Source of the DNA: an uncultured bacterium
GTDB taxonomy: Bacteria; Krumholzibacteriota; Krumholzibacteriia; Krumholzibacteriales; Krumholzibacteriaceae
Assembly (NCBI GenBank): GCA_963846325.1
Contig: CAWJVO010000009.1
Coordinates: 251,083-315,082, forward strand
Reading direction: 5' to 3'
DNA length: 64,000 nt
Shown here: positions 9,478 to 18,887 of the stretch, one piece after another
How positions within the stretch are numbered: position 1 is the first letter of the stretch
Layout: every line of letters starts with the position of its first letter
Notes under the pieces: model-generated
What the model was told of the DNA's origin: nothing
What the model saw: the letters and a program-made list of their open reading frames with translations, nothing else
The model's database searches: none
Position numbers and translations under genes: made by a program

Positions 9478-10419
9478 TCAGTCGGGAAGAATGTGCGTGC
9501 CGACGTTTCCCTTGCAGGCGTCGAGCAGCATGGTGGCATCGGAGATGATGACCCGTTTTCCGCCCGATTCGAGAAAATCGATCGCGGCTTCGATCTTGGG
9601 ACCCATGCTTCCCGGCGGGAACTCCCCCGCCTCGTGAAGCTTCCGTATCTCGGCGAGCTTGATCCTGCGCAGCGCCTTCTGATCCGGCGCGCCGAAATGA
9701 ACGTACACTTCGGATACGCTCGTGAGAATCACGAGGCGTTCCGCCTGTATCATCTCGCCGAGGACCGCGGCCGCCCGGTCCTTGTCGATGACCGCTTCGA
9801 TTCCGGCGAGCTCGCTGCCGCTGCGCACGACCGGGATGCCGCCGCCGCCGGCCGCGATGACCACGACGCCGAGCTTGAGCAGCTTCGCGATGATATCCGC
9901 CTCGACGATCTCGAGGGGCCGCGGGGAGGGGACGACGCGGCGGTATCCGCGATTCGCGTCCATGATCATCGTGTACCCTTTTTCCTTCGCCAGTCTATCG
10001 GCCTCTTCCTTGCCGTAGAAAACGCCGATGGGCTTCGTCGGGCGCTTGAAGGCCTCGTCCTCTTCCGAAACGACGACCTGCGACACGATCGTGACGACCT
10101 CGCGGTGGACTCCCCGCACGCTCAGCTCGTTTCTGAGCGATTGCTGGATCATGTAGCCGATTCCGCCCTGCGAATCGGCGCCGCACACGTCGAGAGGCAT
10201 CGGCGGTATGCGGCCCTTCACCGCCTCGTTCCGCTCGAGGATGTTTCCCACGATGGGGCCGTTTCCGTGCGTGATGATCACCTTCCGTCCGGAGATGATG
10301 AGCTCGGCGACCTGCCGCATCGAGATCGACGTGAGCTCGCGCTGGGCCTCGATCGTTCCGCTTCCCTTGGTCGGGATGATCGCGTTTCCGCCGAGGGCGA
10401 CGACGTCCATTCCACGCAC
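9478..10419 (-). CDS. arcC: carbamate kinase
   Basis: The amino-acid-kinase fold motifs are present (VVALGGNAI ... IITHGNGP ... AAGGGGIPV). The length is 313 aa. Confidence 0.85.
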   Translation of the reverse strand: MRGMDVVALGGNAIIPTKGSGTIEAQRELTSISMRQVAELIISGRKVIITHGNGPIVGNILERNEAVKGRIPPMPLDVCGADSQGGIGYMIQQSLRNELSVRGVHREVVTIVSQVVVSEEDEAFKRPTKPIGVFYGKEEADRLAKEKGYTMIMDANRGYRRVVPSPRPLEIVEADIIAKLLKLGVVVIAAGGGGIPVVRSGSELAGIEAVIDKDRAAAVLGEMIQAERLVILTSVSEVYVHFGAPDQKALRRIKLAEIRKLHEAGEFPPGSMGPKIEAAIDFLESGGKRVIISDATMLLDACKGNVGTHILPD

Positions 10420-10440
10420 GAGCGATAACCTCCCTAAAAA

Positions 10441-10490
10441 AGAGTCCCCTGCTGAAGGCTCCCGCCCTCAACAGGGGGTATTCGGTCTAT
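10441..10490 (-). terminator. possible weak terminator after the aminotransferase gene
   Basis: On the minus strand CCCCTG...CAGGGG arms with a long loop are followed by a T-run (CTCTTTTTTAGGG). The stem is poor. Confidence 0.2.
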
Positions 10491-10500
10491 GCCGCGGTCC

Positions 10501-11652
10501 CTACAGGACGCTCCTGATTTTCTCGAGCGCCTTCTTGATGTTCTCCTGCGAGTTCGCGTAGGAGAACCGCAGGTATCCTTCACCGTATTTCCCGAAGCTC
10601 GTGCCGCTGAGCCCCGCCACGCCGGCCTTCTCGAGGAGGTGCACCTCAAGCTCCTTCGATTTCATGCCGGTTCCCGTTATGTTCGGGAACACGTAGAAGG
10701 CGCCCTTCGGCTTGAGGCACGTGAAGCCCGGGATCGAGTTGAGGCCGTCGACGATGAGATCGCGGCGCGCCTTGAATTCCTTGACCATCTTCCGCGACTT
10801 GGATTGGGAACCGGTCAGGGCCTCCATGCCGGCGATCTGCGTGAAGCTCGCCGTGCAGGAGTTCGAGTTGGTCTGGAGCCTCGCGATCGCGTCGGCGAGC
10901 TTCGGGGGCATGATGCCGTATCCGAGCCTCCATCCGGTCATCGCGTAGGTCTTCGAATGGCCCTCGAGGAGGATGGTGCGGTCCTTCACTTCGGGGAAAT
11001 CGTAGATGCTCGCGTGCTTCCCCTCGTATATGATCTTGCTGTAGACCTCGTCGCTGAGAATCCACGCGTCGTATTTGTCGGCGAGCTCGGCGACGACCTT
11101 CAGGTCCTTCTTCGTGAGAATGCCGCCCGTGGGATTCTGCGGCGAGTTGATGATGATGAGCTTCGTCTTCTCGTTCACGAGCGTGCGAAGCTCGTCGACG
11201 TCGAAGGAGAATCCCTTTTCCTCGCGCAGCGGGATCGGCACCGGTTTGGCGCCGACGAAGTTGATGACCGACTCGTAGATCGGAAATCCCGGATTCGGAT
11301 AGACGACTTCGTCCCCCTTGTCGACGAGCGCGAGAATGCTGAAGAAGAGGATCGGCTTGGCTCCCGGCGTGATGACGATATTCTCCGGCTTCACCTCCAC
11401 CCCGCGGTCCTTCGTGATGTGCGCCGCGAACACCTTCCGCGCGTCGAGCATACCCGCCGAGGGCCCGTAATGCGTGAATCCCGACTTGAGCGCGTTGATC
11501 GCGGCCTTGACGATATTCGGCGGCGTATCGAAATCGGGCTCGCCGATCTCGAGATGAACCATGTCCCTGCCCTCCGCCTCCATGGCTTTCGCGCGGGCCA
11601 GCACCTCGAAAGCGGTCTCCGTGCCGAGTCTGCTCATCCGTTCAGCGAACAT
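10501..11652 (-). CDS. class I/II PLP-dependent aminotransferase (aspartate/aromatic aminotransferase-like)
   Basis: The N-terminus MVHLEIGEPDFDTPPNIVKAA matches the family, and the lysine-containing SKTYAMTGWRLGY motif is present. The length is 383 aa. Confidence 0.85.
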   Translation of the reverse strand: MFAERMSRLGTETAFEVLARAKAMEAEGRDMVHLEIGEPDFDTPPNIVKAAINALKSGFTHYGPSAGMLDARKVFAAHITKDRGVEVKPENIVITPGAKPILFFSILALVDKGDEVVYPNPGFPIYESVINFVGAKPVPIPLREEKGFSFDVDELRTLVNEKTKLIIINSPQNPTGGILTKKDLKVVAELADKYDAWILSDEVYSKIIYEGKHASIYDFPEVKDRTILLEGHSKTYAMTGWRLGYGIMPPKLADAIARLQTNSNSCTASFTQIAGMEALTGSQSKSRKMVKEFKARRDLIVDGLNSIPGFTCLKPKGAFYVFPNITGTGMKSKELEVHLLEKAGVAGLSGTSFGKYGEGYLRFSYANSQENIKKALEKIRSVL

Positions 11653-11820
11653 CTCTCCTCCTCGAACTCCAGGTAGATGGCCAATCTCTCAATAATTGAA
11701 CAATATCTATATTAGGATGGGGAATCCTCTTTGTCAATGGAATATGGGGATCGAATGGAGCGGAGCGGTTCGCGCGCAAGGAGTTACGGCTCCGGGTGGA
11801 GCGGGACGGCCGGCATCCGC
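11653..11820. promoter_or_regulatory. AT-rich intergenic promoter region upstream of the aminotransferase
   Basis: The GC content drops here (caataattgaacaatatctatattaggatgg). The region lies directly 5' of the minus-strand start at 11652. Confidence 0.35.
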
Positions 11821-13368
11821 TCAGCTGAGGCTCCCGAGGTAATGCTGGATTTCCCGCCGCACCTCGTCGCGGATCGTGCTGCCTTTCCCGGCGAACCGCG
11901 CGAGCGTCGCCTTGTCGACGAATCGCACGTGGATAAACTTGCGGAGAGCCGAAACCGGCACCTTCCCGGGATTCTGGAGGAGGTTCACCGGCACCTCCTT
12001 GTTGGCGTAGCCCGTATAGAGATCCCGTCTGTTCGCGATAATGGAGAGAATCCGCATCGAGCGCGATCTCAGCGAGATGAGCGCGATGATACCGGGCTGC
12101 GCGAGGATGCGCGGATTGTTCAGGAGCTCGAAGATGAAGTTGTCGTTGTCGAGATAGGTCATCACGAGGGTCCGATAGCTCACGACCTGTTCTTTGTGAA
12201 TATTCGTCCAGTCCACGTCCCGGGGGATCCGGTCGATGTCGATGAAATGAGCGGGCGGCACCCGCTTGACGTCGATCGTGAGGACCTTGTGGTTGAGCTC
12301 GAAACCGGGAAGATCGAGAAGCATCTTGAGAATGTTCACCGCGGCGAGCTTGTGCAGGAGAATCTCGAGGATACCCTGCCCCGCGTGATTGACGAAGAGC
12401 GCGAGACAGCTCAGGTAGTCCGGTTTCCTCTGGATTCGGAGAAGAAGCGGGTGCATGAGAAGAGCCCGGATGATCGCGGTGCCTATCTTCAGATGGGGAT
12501 ACGGATGCACCCTGGCGAGCTGCATATCGAAGAGATCGGCGAGAGCGGATCCCGCCGGAGTCTTTCGAAGCTCCGCGACCGCCGGATCCCACTTTTCCCC
12601 GAGCCTTTGCCGGATGAGGAGCGCGGCCTCTCCGTAGCGCTGGTAGGCGCCCTCGAGCGCCTGCATCCGCCACTTCGTCTCTTCGGCCTGGGCGATCAGG
12701 TAGATCGTCGAACGTTCCTTTCCCATGAAATTGATCGCGGCGAGCGCGGTCTTGATGCGCAGGTCGAGCGCCTCGAGCTCCGCCTTCGCGCGTTCCATGA
12801 TCGCCTTGTCCCAGCGCCTGTCGGGGTCCGAGATCGCCCGCCTCACCCCGTCGTTCCAGCCGAGCCAGGGCTCGCCGTCCGGAGCGCCCGAGGAGCCGGG
12901 CAGAGGGTGCGAGATCGAGAGAAGCACGATCTTCTTCTTGAACCAGTCCTCGCTCTCTTTGAGCGTGTTCCCCGCTTTTTCCTTCAGGGCGATCCGAGCC
13001 ATCACGCGCTTCACGTTCCTGAATTCGACGAGCTCGGTCACCATCATTTCGGCCGGCGGGAGCGCGAGGAGCGCGGCGTAGAGCAGCTTGAGCCCCGCGC
13101 CTTCCCCCTCGGCGGCCAGCGCCGCTATTCTCAGTATCTCCTTGTGAGGTTCGCTCGACGTGGCGAGGTATTCGCCGAGCGCGTCCGCCTGCTGAAAGGC
13201 ATGCTCGACGGCGGCGATCCTGAGAAGGCCGTCCCTGCTTTCTCCGGTCGGCTTCGAATAGAGCAGCTCGTTGAGGTGCTCGAGAAAAGGCATCTCCGGC
13301 GGAAAGGTGACTACCTTTCGGCCATAGGTCTTGTCGTCATATACGATTGTGCGAACGGAATCCACCAT
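11821..13368 (-). CDS. conserved hypothetical protein (515 aa, no recognisable domain)
   Basis: A long ORF with balanced, non-Arg-rich composition and a helix-rich look. A clean start codon is followed by an AT-rich upstream region. Confidence 0.6.
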   Translation of the reverse strand: MVDSVRTIVYDDKTYGRKVVTFPPEMPFLEHLNELLYSKPTGESRDGLLRIAAVEHAFQQADALGEYLATSSEPHKEILRIAALAAEGEGAGLKLLYAALLALPPAEMMVTELVEFRNVKRVMARIALKEKAGNTLKESEDWFKKKIVLLSISHPLPGSSGAPDGEPWLGWNDGVRRAISDPDRRWDKAIMERAKAELEALDLRIKTALAAINFMGKERSTIYLIAQAEETKWRMQALEGAYQRYGEAALLIRQRLGEKWDPAVAELRKTPAGSALADLFDMQLARVHPYPHLKIGTAIIRALLMHPLLLRIQRKPDYLSCLALFVNHAGQGILEILLHKLAAVNILKMLLDLPGFELNHKVLTIDVKRVPPAHFIDIDRIPRDVDWTNIHKEQVVSYRTLVMTYLDNDNFIFELLNNPRILAQPGIIALISLRSRSMRILSIIANRRDLYTGYANKEVPVNLLQNPGKVPVSALRKFIHVRFVDKATLARFAGKGSTIRDEVRREIQHYLGSLS

Positions 13369-13560
13369 GCCGTCCTTCTCTGCATGAATGATTCCAATTC
13401 ACCCGGGGAAAGGCCCCTTGAGATAGGATCAGAGACCGCTCGACCCCTGCAAGGAGATTTCCGGCGCCTGCCCGCCTTCCAGCGCCACATGAACTATAAA
13501 TTCTATCCTTTTGATATATATGCCAATTAACAGCGTCGACATTAATGCGTTTCGCGAGAC
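13369..13560. promoter_or_regulatory. AT-rich segment upstream of the 515-aa gene (candidate promoter)
   Basis: The sequence tataaattctatccttttgatatatatgccaattaacagcgtcgacattaatgcg is atypically AT-rich. It overlaps the 3' tail of the predicted 13429-15162 ORF. Confidence 0.3.
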
Positions 13561-14981
13561 GAAACGTATGGGATAGCTCCCGCGAAGCGAGGGTTCGTAG
13601 AAATAGCAGTCCGGATGCCCGGAGAGCGCCCTGTAGGCCGCGACCGACGCCGTCCCCCTTAATCGGGCCTTGAAGAGATCGACGCGAAGAACCGGCGCGG
13701 CGAGCCATCCAAGGCCGTCCTCCTCGCTGATCCTTTTCAGAGCCAGGCCGAGGCTCGTCTTTCGATTGACGCGCCATTCCGAAGCGAGCCCGAGAGAACG
13801 CGAGCATTCGAGCCCGGTATCCCCCGCGGGAGGGTACGGAACGACGTCCCGCCGCGCTTCCCCCGCGTCGATCCAGGCGAGTCTCAGAGAGCTTCTTTTC
13901 CCGCGGCGCTCGACCTCGAGCCGAGCCGTTCGCCGGACCGTTTCATGGAAACCGTCGGCCCGCTCGTACCGGTCGATCGACGCTCTCGCGCGCACGCGCC
14001 GATAGACCTCGCGTTCGACGACGGCGGCCGCGCCGCCGATCGAGGAGACCGCCCCCGGCGTTCTGCCGTTCACCGAGCCGAAGAATCCGGCGGCCCCCGG
14101 CGCGACGGCGTAGAGAAAGAGCGCGGCTCGAGCTCCCGGGACCCTGTATGAGAATCCGGACAGCAGGCTCGGCTCCTCCGATCGGCCGAATCCGATTTCG
14201 ATTCCGGCGTTCACCCGATCCGACCTCCATCGCCCGTCGAGCGCGCACACGTATCCCCCGGATCCGGATATCCCCGTCGATCCCGAGAATCCGATTTCGG
14301 CCCTGCCGCGACGGGCCTCGATTCGCGCCCCTGAAACACGGGCGTCTCCCGTTTCCGGACCGTTCGGACCATAGGTCACCGGCCGCCCTTCGAAGATCGA
14401 CGCGTACACGTTTCGACAGCGAATCTCCGCGGCGGCGCCATGGAGGGTCTGCAGGAAAAACGAAGTCGTGCCGGCGATCCGGCGCGGACCGCGAAACGGA
14501 AACGAGCTCGAGGAAAGGGACGCCCCCCCCGACGCGCCGAAGACCAGCCCGAGCGCGTAGTCCGGCACGAAGCTGCCGGCGTGAAGCCGCACGGCGCCCG
14601 AGAGAGCGTTTCCTGACAGATACCAGGAAATCGCGCCCGCCGCTCCGTCCGTTCGCCTTCCGCGAAGAAGCGCTTTCCATCGGCCGGCGCCGAGATCCAG
14701 ATACGCATCCGATTTCTCTCTGCCCGGAACGGAAACCATCCCTTCCGTCAATCTGCAGCCCACACGAAAGGGAAATCCGGCGTCGGGATCGGGATAATCG
14801 AGGCGCTCGGCGATCTCGAACTCCTTCCGGGCGCCATCGGGCTCCTCGCTCCCCCGTCGAACGATCTCGTCGACAACTCCGCTCCGCGGCTCCGGAATCT
14901 CGAGACCGTCCGCCGGACGACGCGCGGCCCCGCACGACACGACGGAAAAGGCGACCCACAGACGAGCCAGGATCTTCACCA
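13429..14981 (-). CDS. predicted lipoprotein / outer-membrane protein (hypothetical)
   Basis: An internal start gives MVKILARLWVAFSVVSCGAARRP, a signal peptide with a Cys. The body is Gly/Ser/Ala-rich and beta-like. The true 3' end is uncertain: a Phe-terminal SYPIRF precedes the AT-rich tail. Confidence 0.45.
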
Positions 14982-15830
14982 TTCCCACGACCTCCCCGCT
15001 CCGGCCGTCACCGTGCCTCCCAACGCCGGATGCCGGCTCCATGAAAAGTCCAGAATCGCCCGCGAGACCTTGACGGCCAGCCCGCTCGATATCTCGCCGG
15101 TTTCCCACCGGTACCCCGACATCACTGCGCATCTGTCTCCGAGCCACGCCGCGAGCGCGCATTGAACGTCCGCCCCGCGCGCTCCGGAGATCGCCCCGTC
15201 GACGGCGAGCGAAAGTGAGCCGGCGCGCAGGAACAAGAAGGCCCGCTCATCCGGCGCTCCCGGATCGCCTCTCCCTGAGGGGGCGCGCGCGTACCCGACG
15301 CACGCGCTCCCCCGCCAATCGTACGAGACGGCGAGCGACAACGAGCGGCTTTTCCGGGCGCCGAAACCCTGCGCCGCGCGCCTTTCGAACGCCGGAATCG
15401 CATAGAGCCGGAGCCCGTCGATGAAGGGACATCGAATCCCCATCGCCGCGGCGACGCGATCCTCCCGGTAGAGCGCGTGAGCGAGACGGCGCCAATCGAG
15501 CCACGCCGAAAACGATTCTCCGTCGATTCCGGCGAGAAGATCCGAGGAGACGAGACCTTCGAGCATGTATGGATTCGCCGCGGTCGCATGGAATCCCGCG
15601 CGCCTTCTTCCGCCCGCGCTCTCGAAGAGATAGCTTCCGGACGCGACTCCGCGCGGGCAGCCGGCGAGCAGACGAGCGGGGCATTCCACCGCGCCCGAAT
15701 CCGCGGCCGCCGCGACCGGGGCGGCAGCGTTCGCGGGAGCTGCGAGGCACAGAACGCATATCAGCGCGATCGAGCCCCGAACGGTTCCTAGTCCTCCGCC
15801 ACGACGATGCACGTCTTTTCCTTTCTGCAT
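14976..15830 (-). CDS. secreted hypothetical protein
   Basis: Starting at MQKGKDVHRRGGGLGTVRGSIALICVLCLAAPANAAAP gives a signal peptide. The upstream part of the track ORF is Arg-rich junk. Confidence 0.45.
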   Translation of the reverse strand: MQKGKDVHRRGGGLGTVRGSIALICVLCLAAPANAAAPVAAAADSGAVECPARLLAGCPRGVASGSYLFESAGGRRRAGFHATAANPYMLEGLVSSDLLAGIDGESFSAWLDWRRLAHALYREDRVAAAMGIRCPFIDGLRLYAIPAFERRAAQGFGARKSRSLSLAVSYDWRGSACVGYARAPSGRGDPGAPDERAFLFLRAGSLSLAVDGAISGARGADVQCALAAWLGDRCAVMSGYRWETGEISSGLAVKVSRAILDFSWSRHPALGGTVTAGAGRSWEW

Positions 15831-17503
15831 ATCGCTCCTCCCTGCCCGATATACTCGACGAGGCAGACATAGAGCCCGGTCCGCGCGACGACGCCGCCGC
15901 TCGATCGGCCGTCCCATCGGCACGAGAACACGTCCGCTCCTCCGCATTCGCCGAAAACGCGCCGCAGCTCGTACCCTTCGCGATCGAATATCCTCGCCGA
16001 AAAACCCGTCTCCCCCCCGGCGCGCATTCCCGTCACCGTGACTTCGCCGTCGCGCCGCGGGCAGAACGGATTGGGCGAGACGGAGAGCCCCCGTGAACGC
16101 GCAGGACGATCCGCGCGCGTCGAATTCTCCCGCCCCGGAGTCGCGCGGAGACGCCCTGCCGAACGGTGCCAGATCCCTCCGGCGCGATCGCTGCAGAACG
16201 CGGTCGACGCGCGCTCGATGCTTCTCCCGCGCTCGATTCCGAGCAGGTCGCGATACGAAACCCTCTCGGCGAGAACGCCCGAATCGTCGAAGAGCGCGAC
16301 GGCGTCCGCCCGATCCCCCTTGTCCGTATCGTTCAGGGCGGGCCAGCCCCCCTCGACGGAGCGCACCGGCGCCTCGCAGGCGGGGAATTCGCACGCGAAC
16401 GACGCGGAATCCTTCGCGAGTATCATGTATCCCCCGGGCGGAATAATCACGCCCTCCGAGGAAACGAGCCGCTTCGACCCGGTCGCGTCGCAGAGCGCCC
16501 ATCCTCCGAGGTCGCAGTCCGCGTCGGAGACGTTCACGATCTCGATCCATTCGCTCATCTCCTTTTCGGGGCGATACATGATCTCGTTAATGACGATCGC
16601 TCCCGGGGACGCGCCGAGCGATACGAAGGAAGTGTCGTTCGCGGGGTTTTCGTCGGGGGCGCCGCCGAGATACGCCCTGACCTCGAAGCGCGGCGATTGC
16701 GGCCCACCGAGCGTGAGCTCGATCGAATCGCCTGACGAGACCGCGAGATCGAGATCGCGCTCCACGTCGACGGACGACGCGACGAAGCCGAACTCTCTCG
16801 CCTCGGCATGAATCGATATGCGGCCGCTCATCGGATCGAGGCCGCGGTTCGCGATTCTCAATCGCAGGGAGAACGGCGCGCCGCGGCACGGAAGAACGTC
16901 CTCGCCGGCGAGGCGGATGCCGGCGTCGCGCCGGAAGAAATTCCTTCGACCGGGTGTCGGGAGCGCGGGGACGAAATCGGCGTCGTTCCTGCCGCTGTCG
17001 GAGCCGTCCGGTTTTCTCGCGAGGCTCGCGCCCGCGGCGACGTCGGGCGCGGGAGCCGTCTCAGAGAGATCGCCCGACGCGCACGCGCCGTATCCGACGA
17101 GATCGGCGACGCCCGAGGGGGAGACGAGCCGCACCGCGTCGGGGCCGTTCCCCAGCGTCCCCTTGAGCAGGAATCCGGAGGAAGGCCCGCGCGCGATTCC
17201 GGCGACGCAGAGAAAGCCGTTCGCCCCGATGATCGCGCCGGACGGGGCCGTCCACACGACCTTCGCAGCGCCGGTTGCCCCGTCGAGAGCCTCCAGGAAC
17301 CAGCCCGAAAGCGCGTGGGGAACGGTATCGGGATTGTGAATCTCGACGAACTCCCATCCGTCGTCCACGCCCGGGTGATCGTAGTAGACTTCGTTGACGA
17401 CGACGCCTGCCGCGCACGAATGCGCGAAAACGATTTCGATGAATGCGCCCGCACAGAGCGCGCCGAACGAATGGAAATGAAAAAGGCTCCACCGCCGCAT
17501 CAT
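15788..17503 (-). CDS. lamin-tail-domain (LTD) protein with T9SS C-terminal sorting domain
   Basis: A signal peptide (MMRRWSLFHFHSFGALCAGA) is followed by two LTD signatures (VVNEVYYDHPGVDDGWEFVEIHN and IVINEIMYRPEKEMSEWIEIVN). The C-terminus resembles a T9SS CTD (NPFCP...GLYVCLVEY). Confidence 0.65.
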   Translation of the reverse strand: MMRRWSLFHFHSFGALCAGAFIEIVFAHSCAAGVVVNEVYYDHPGVDDGWEFVEIHNPDTVPHALSGWFLEALDGATGAAKVVWTAPSGAIIGANGFLCVAGIARGPSSGFLLKGTLGNGPDAVRLVSPSGVADLVGYGACASGDLSETAPAPDVAAGASLARKPDGSDSGRNDADFVPALPTPGRRNFFRRDAGIRLAGEDVLPCRGAPFSLRLRIANRGLDPMSGRISIHAEAREFGFVASSVDVERDLDLAVSSGDSIELTLGGPQSPRFEVRAYLGGAPDENPANDTSFVSLGASPGAIVINEIMYRPEKEMSEWIEIVNVSDADCDLGGWALCDATGSKRLVSSEGVIIPPGGYMILAKDSASFACEFPACEAPVRSVEGGWPALNDTDKGDRADAVALFDDSGVLAERVSYRDLLGIERGRSIERASTAFCSDRAGGIWHRSAGRLRATPGRENSTRADRPARSRGLSVSPNPFCPRRDGEVTVTGMRAGGETGFSARIFDREGYELRRVFGECGGADVFSCRWDGRSSGGVVARTGLYVCLVEYIGQGGAICRKEKTCIVVAED

Positions 17504-17591
17504 CCACCACCACATCCTTGAGCCGAAGATACTATACCGCGAAGGCGCGGATTATTTCAACAGAAAAAAAATCAGCCCTGACGGAATTCGA

Positions 17592-18887
17592 TCATCTCGT
17601 CAATCCCAGCCTCCTGAGCGTCTCTTCCCCCCGATCGCTCCCTTTCTCGTAGCCGTACCATCCGTCGGCGATCCTGCCCCGGATATCTATGATGTAGTTG
17701 AGCGGCAACGCGCTCAGTCCCGTCGCCGTCCGGTATTTGCCGTGAAACACCTCCCGCGCCGCGGCCGTCGTATCGACGACGTTCGGGAACCGTATCGACT
17801 CCTCGCGAAGAAATTCCTCCGCCGGCTCCCTGCCGTCCGCGAAGTTGAAGCCGAGCACGACGAGCCCCTCTCCCGCGTATTTGTCCTGAAGGCCCTGCAG
17901 ATGGGGAAGCTCCTTGCGGCACGGCAGGCAGCTGAGCCGCCAGAACGAGAGCCAGACTACTTTGCCGCGATGCTCCGACAGCCGGAATCGCGAGCCGTCG
18001 AGAAGTACGAGATCGAAATCGGGCGCTTCGCTCCCCGGTTTCAAGAGACCGTCGTCGAGCGATTGCAGCCGGTACTCCTCCCATCCGGGGGGAGGCTTCC
18101 ACTTGAAAATGTCCTTCGAAATCGCGCCGTCGACGACGACGTCGCGCCACCGCTCGCGCACGACGATATCGCGCTTTCCTCTCACGGTTTCCTCGAGCAT
18201 CCGGGGCAGGCGGTCGCGTCTCGCGATCCAGAACACCCTCGTCCGCAGGCCCTTCAGATAGCTCGCCTCGACGATATCGCACACTTCGCCGTCCGCGTTG
18301 ACCGAGCCGCCGCTCCTCACGCTTTCGAGAAGCGCGTCCATGAGATCGGGACTTCCGTGGAAGATGCTCGGATCGAGGATCGTCATCGACATCCCGGTGC
18401 CGAGAACGCTCGTTTCGCGCGCGATCGAGTGATCGCCTTTCCGCGCGTCCTTCCGGAGATACGAACTCCCGACGCCCCGCGCGTTCGACGCGGAATCGCT
18501 CTCGTGGATATAGGGTCTTCCGTCCGGCCAATAGATCCACATCTGCCGGCCGTCGAGGACGATGACGCCCGTTTTCGTCCCGTCCTCGCTCTTCGATTCG
18601 AGCCGCGCGTAGTTGGGCTTCGCGAGCGAAAGCCGATAGAGCGAGCGGCCGATATCCTTTCCGCCGGTCTCCCGGACGTACTCGCTCTCGAAGGAAAGCG
18701 AGCGCGCCTCCCGCATCGCCGCGTGCATGCCCCGGTAGATCGCGAGCGCCGCGGCGTCCCCCCGCACGGCGACGCCGGATCCTCGCCCGCTCGGCGCCGC
18801 TCCGAAAGCGGAGAACGCCGCGAGCGCCGAAAGAAGGCCCGCGACGAGCGCCGAGACGTTCCCGAACCCCTTCATACGAGTCCCCAT
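17592..18887 (-). CDS. TlpA/ResA-like thiol-disulfide oxidoreductase with N-terminal LolA-like domain
   Basis: A signal peptide (MKGFGNVSALVAGLLSALAAFSA) is present. The C-terminal thioredoxin fold has a CxxC site (WLSFWRLSCLPCRKELPHL). Confidence 0.7.
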   Translation of the reverse strand: MGTRMKGFGNVSALVAGLLSALAAFSAFGAAPSGRGSGVAVRGDAAALAIYRGMHAAMREARSLSFESEYVRETGGKDIGRSLYRLSLAKPNYARLESKSEDGTKTGVIVLDGRQMWIYWPDGRPYIHESDSASNARGVGSSYLRKDARKGDHSIARETSVLGTGMSMTILDPSIFHGSPDLMDALLESVRSGGSVNADGEVCDIVEASYLKGLRTRVFWIARRDRLPRMLEETVRGKRDIVVRERWRDVVVDGAISKDIFKWKPPPGWEEYRLQSLDDGLLKPGSEAPDFDLVLLDGSRFRLSEHRGKVVWLSFWRLSCLPCRKELPHLQGLQDKYAGEGLVVLGFNFADGREPAEEFLREESIRFPNVVDTTAAAREVFHGKYRTATGLSALPLNYIIDIRGRIADGWYGYEKGSDRGEETLRRLGLTR

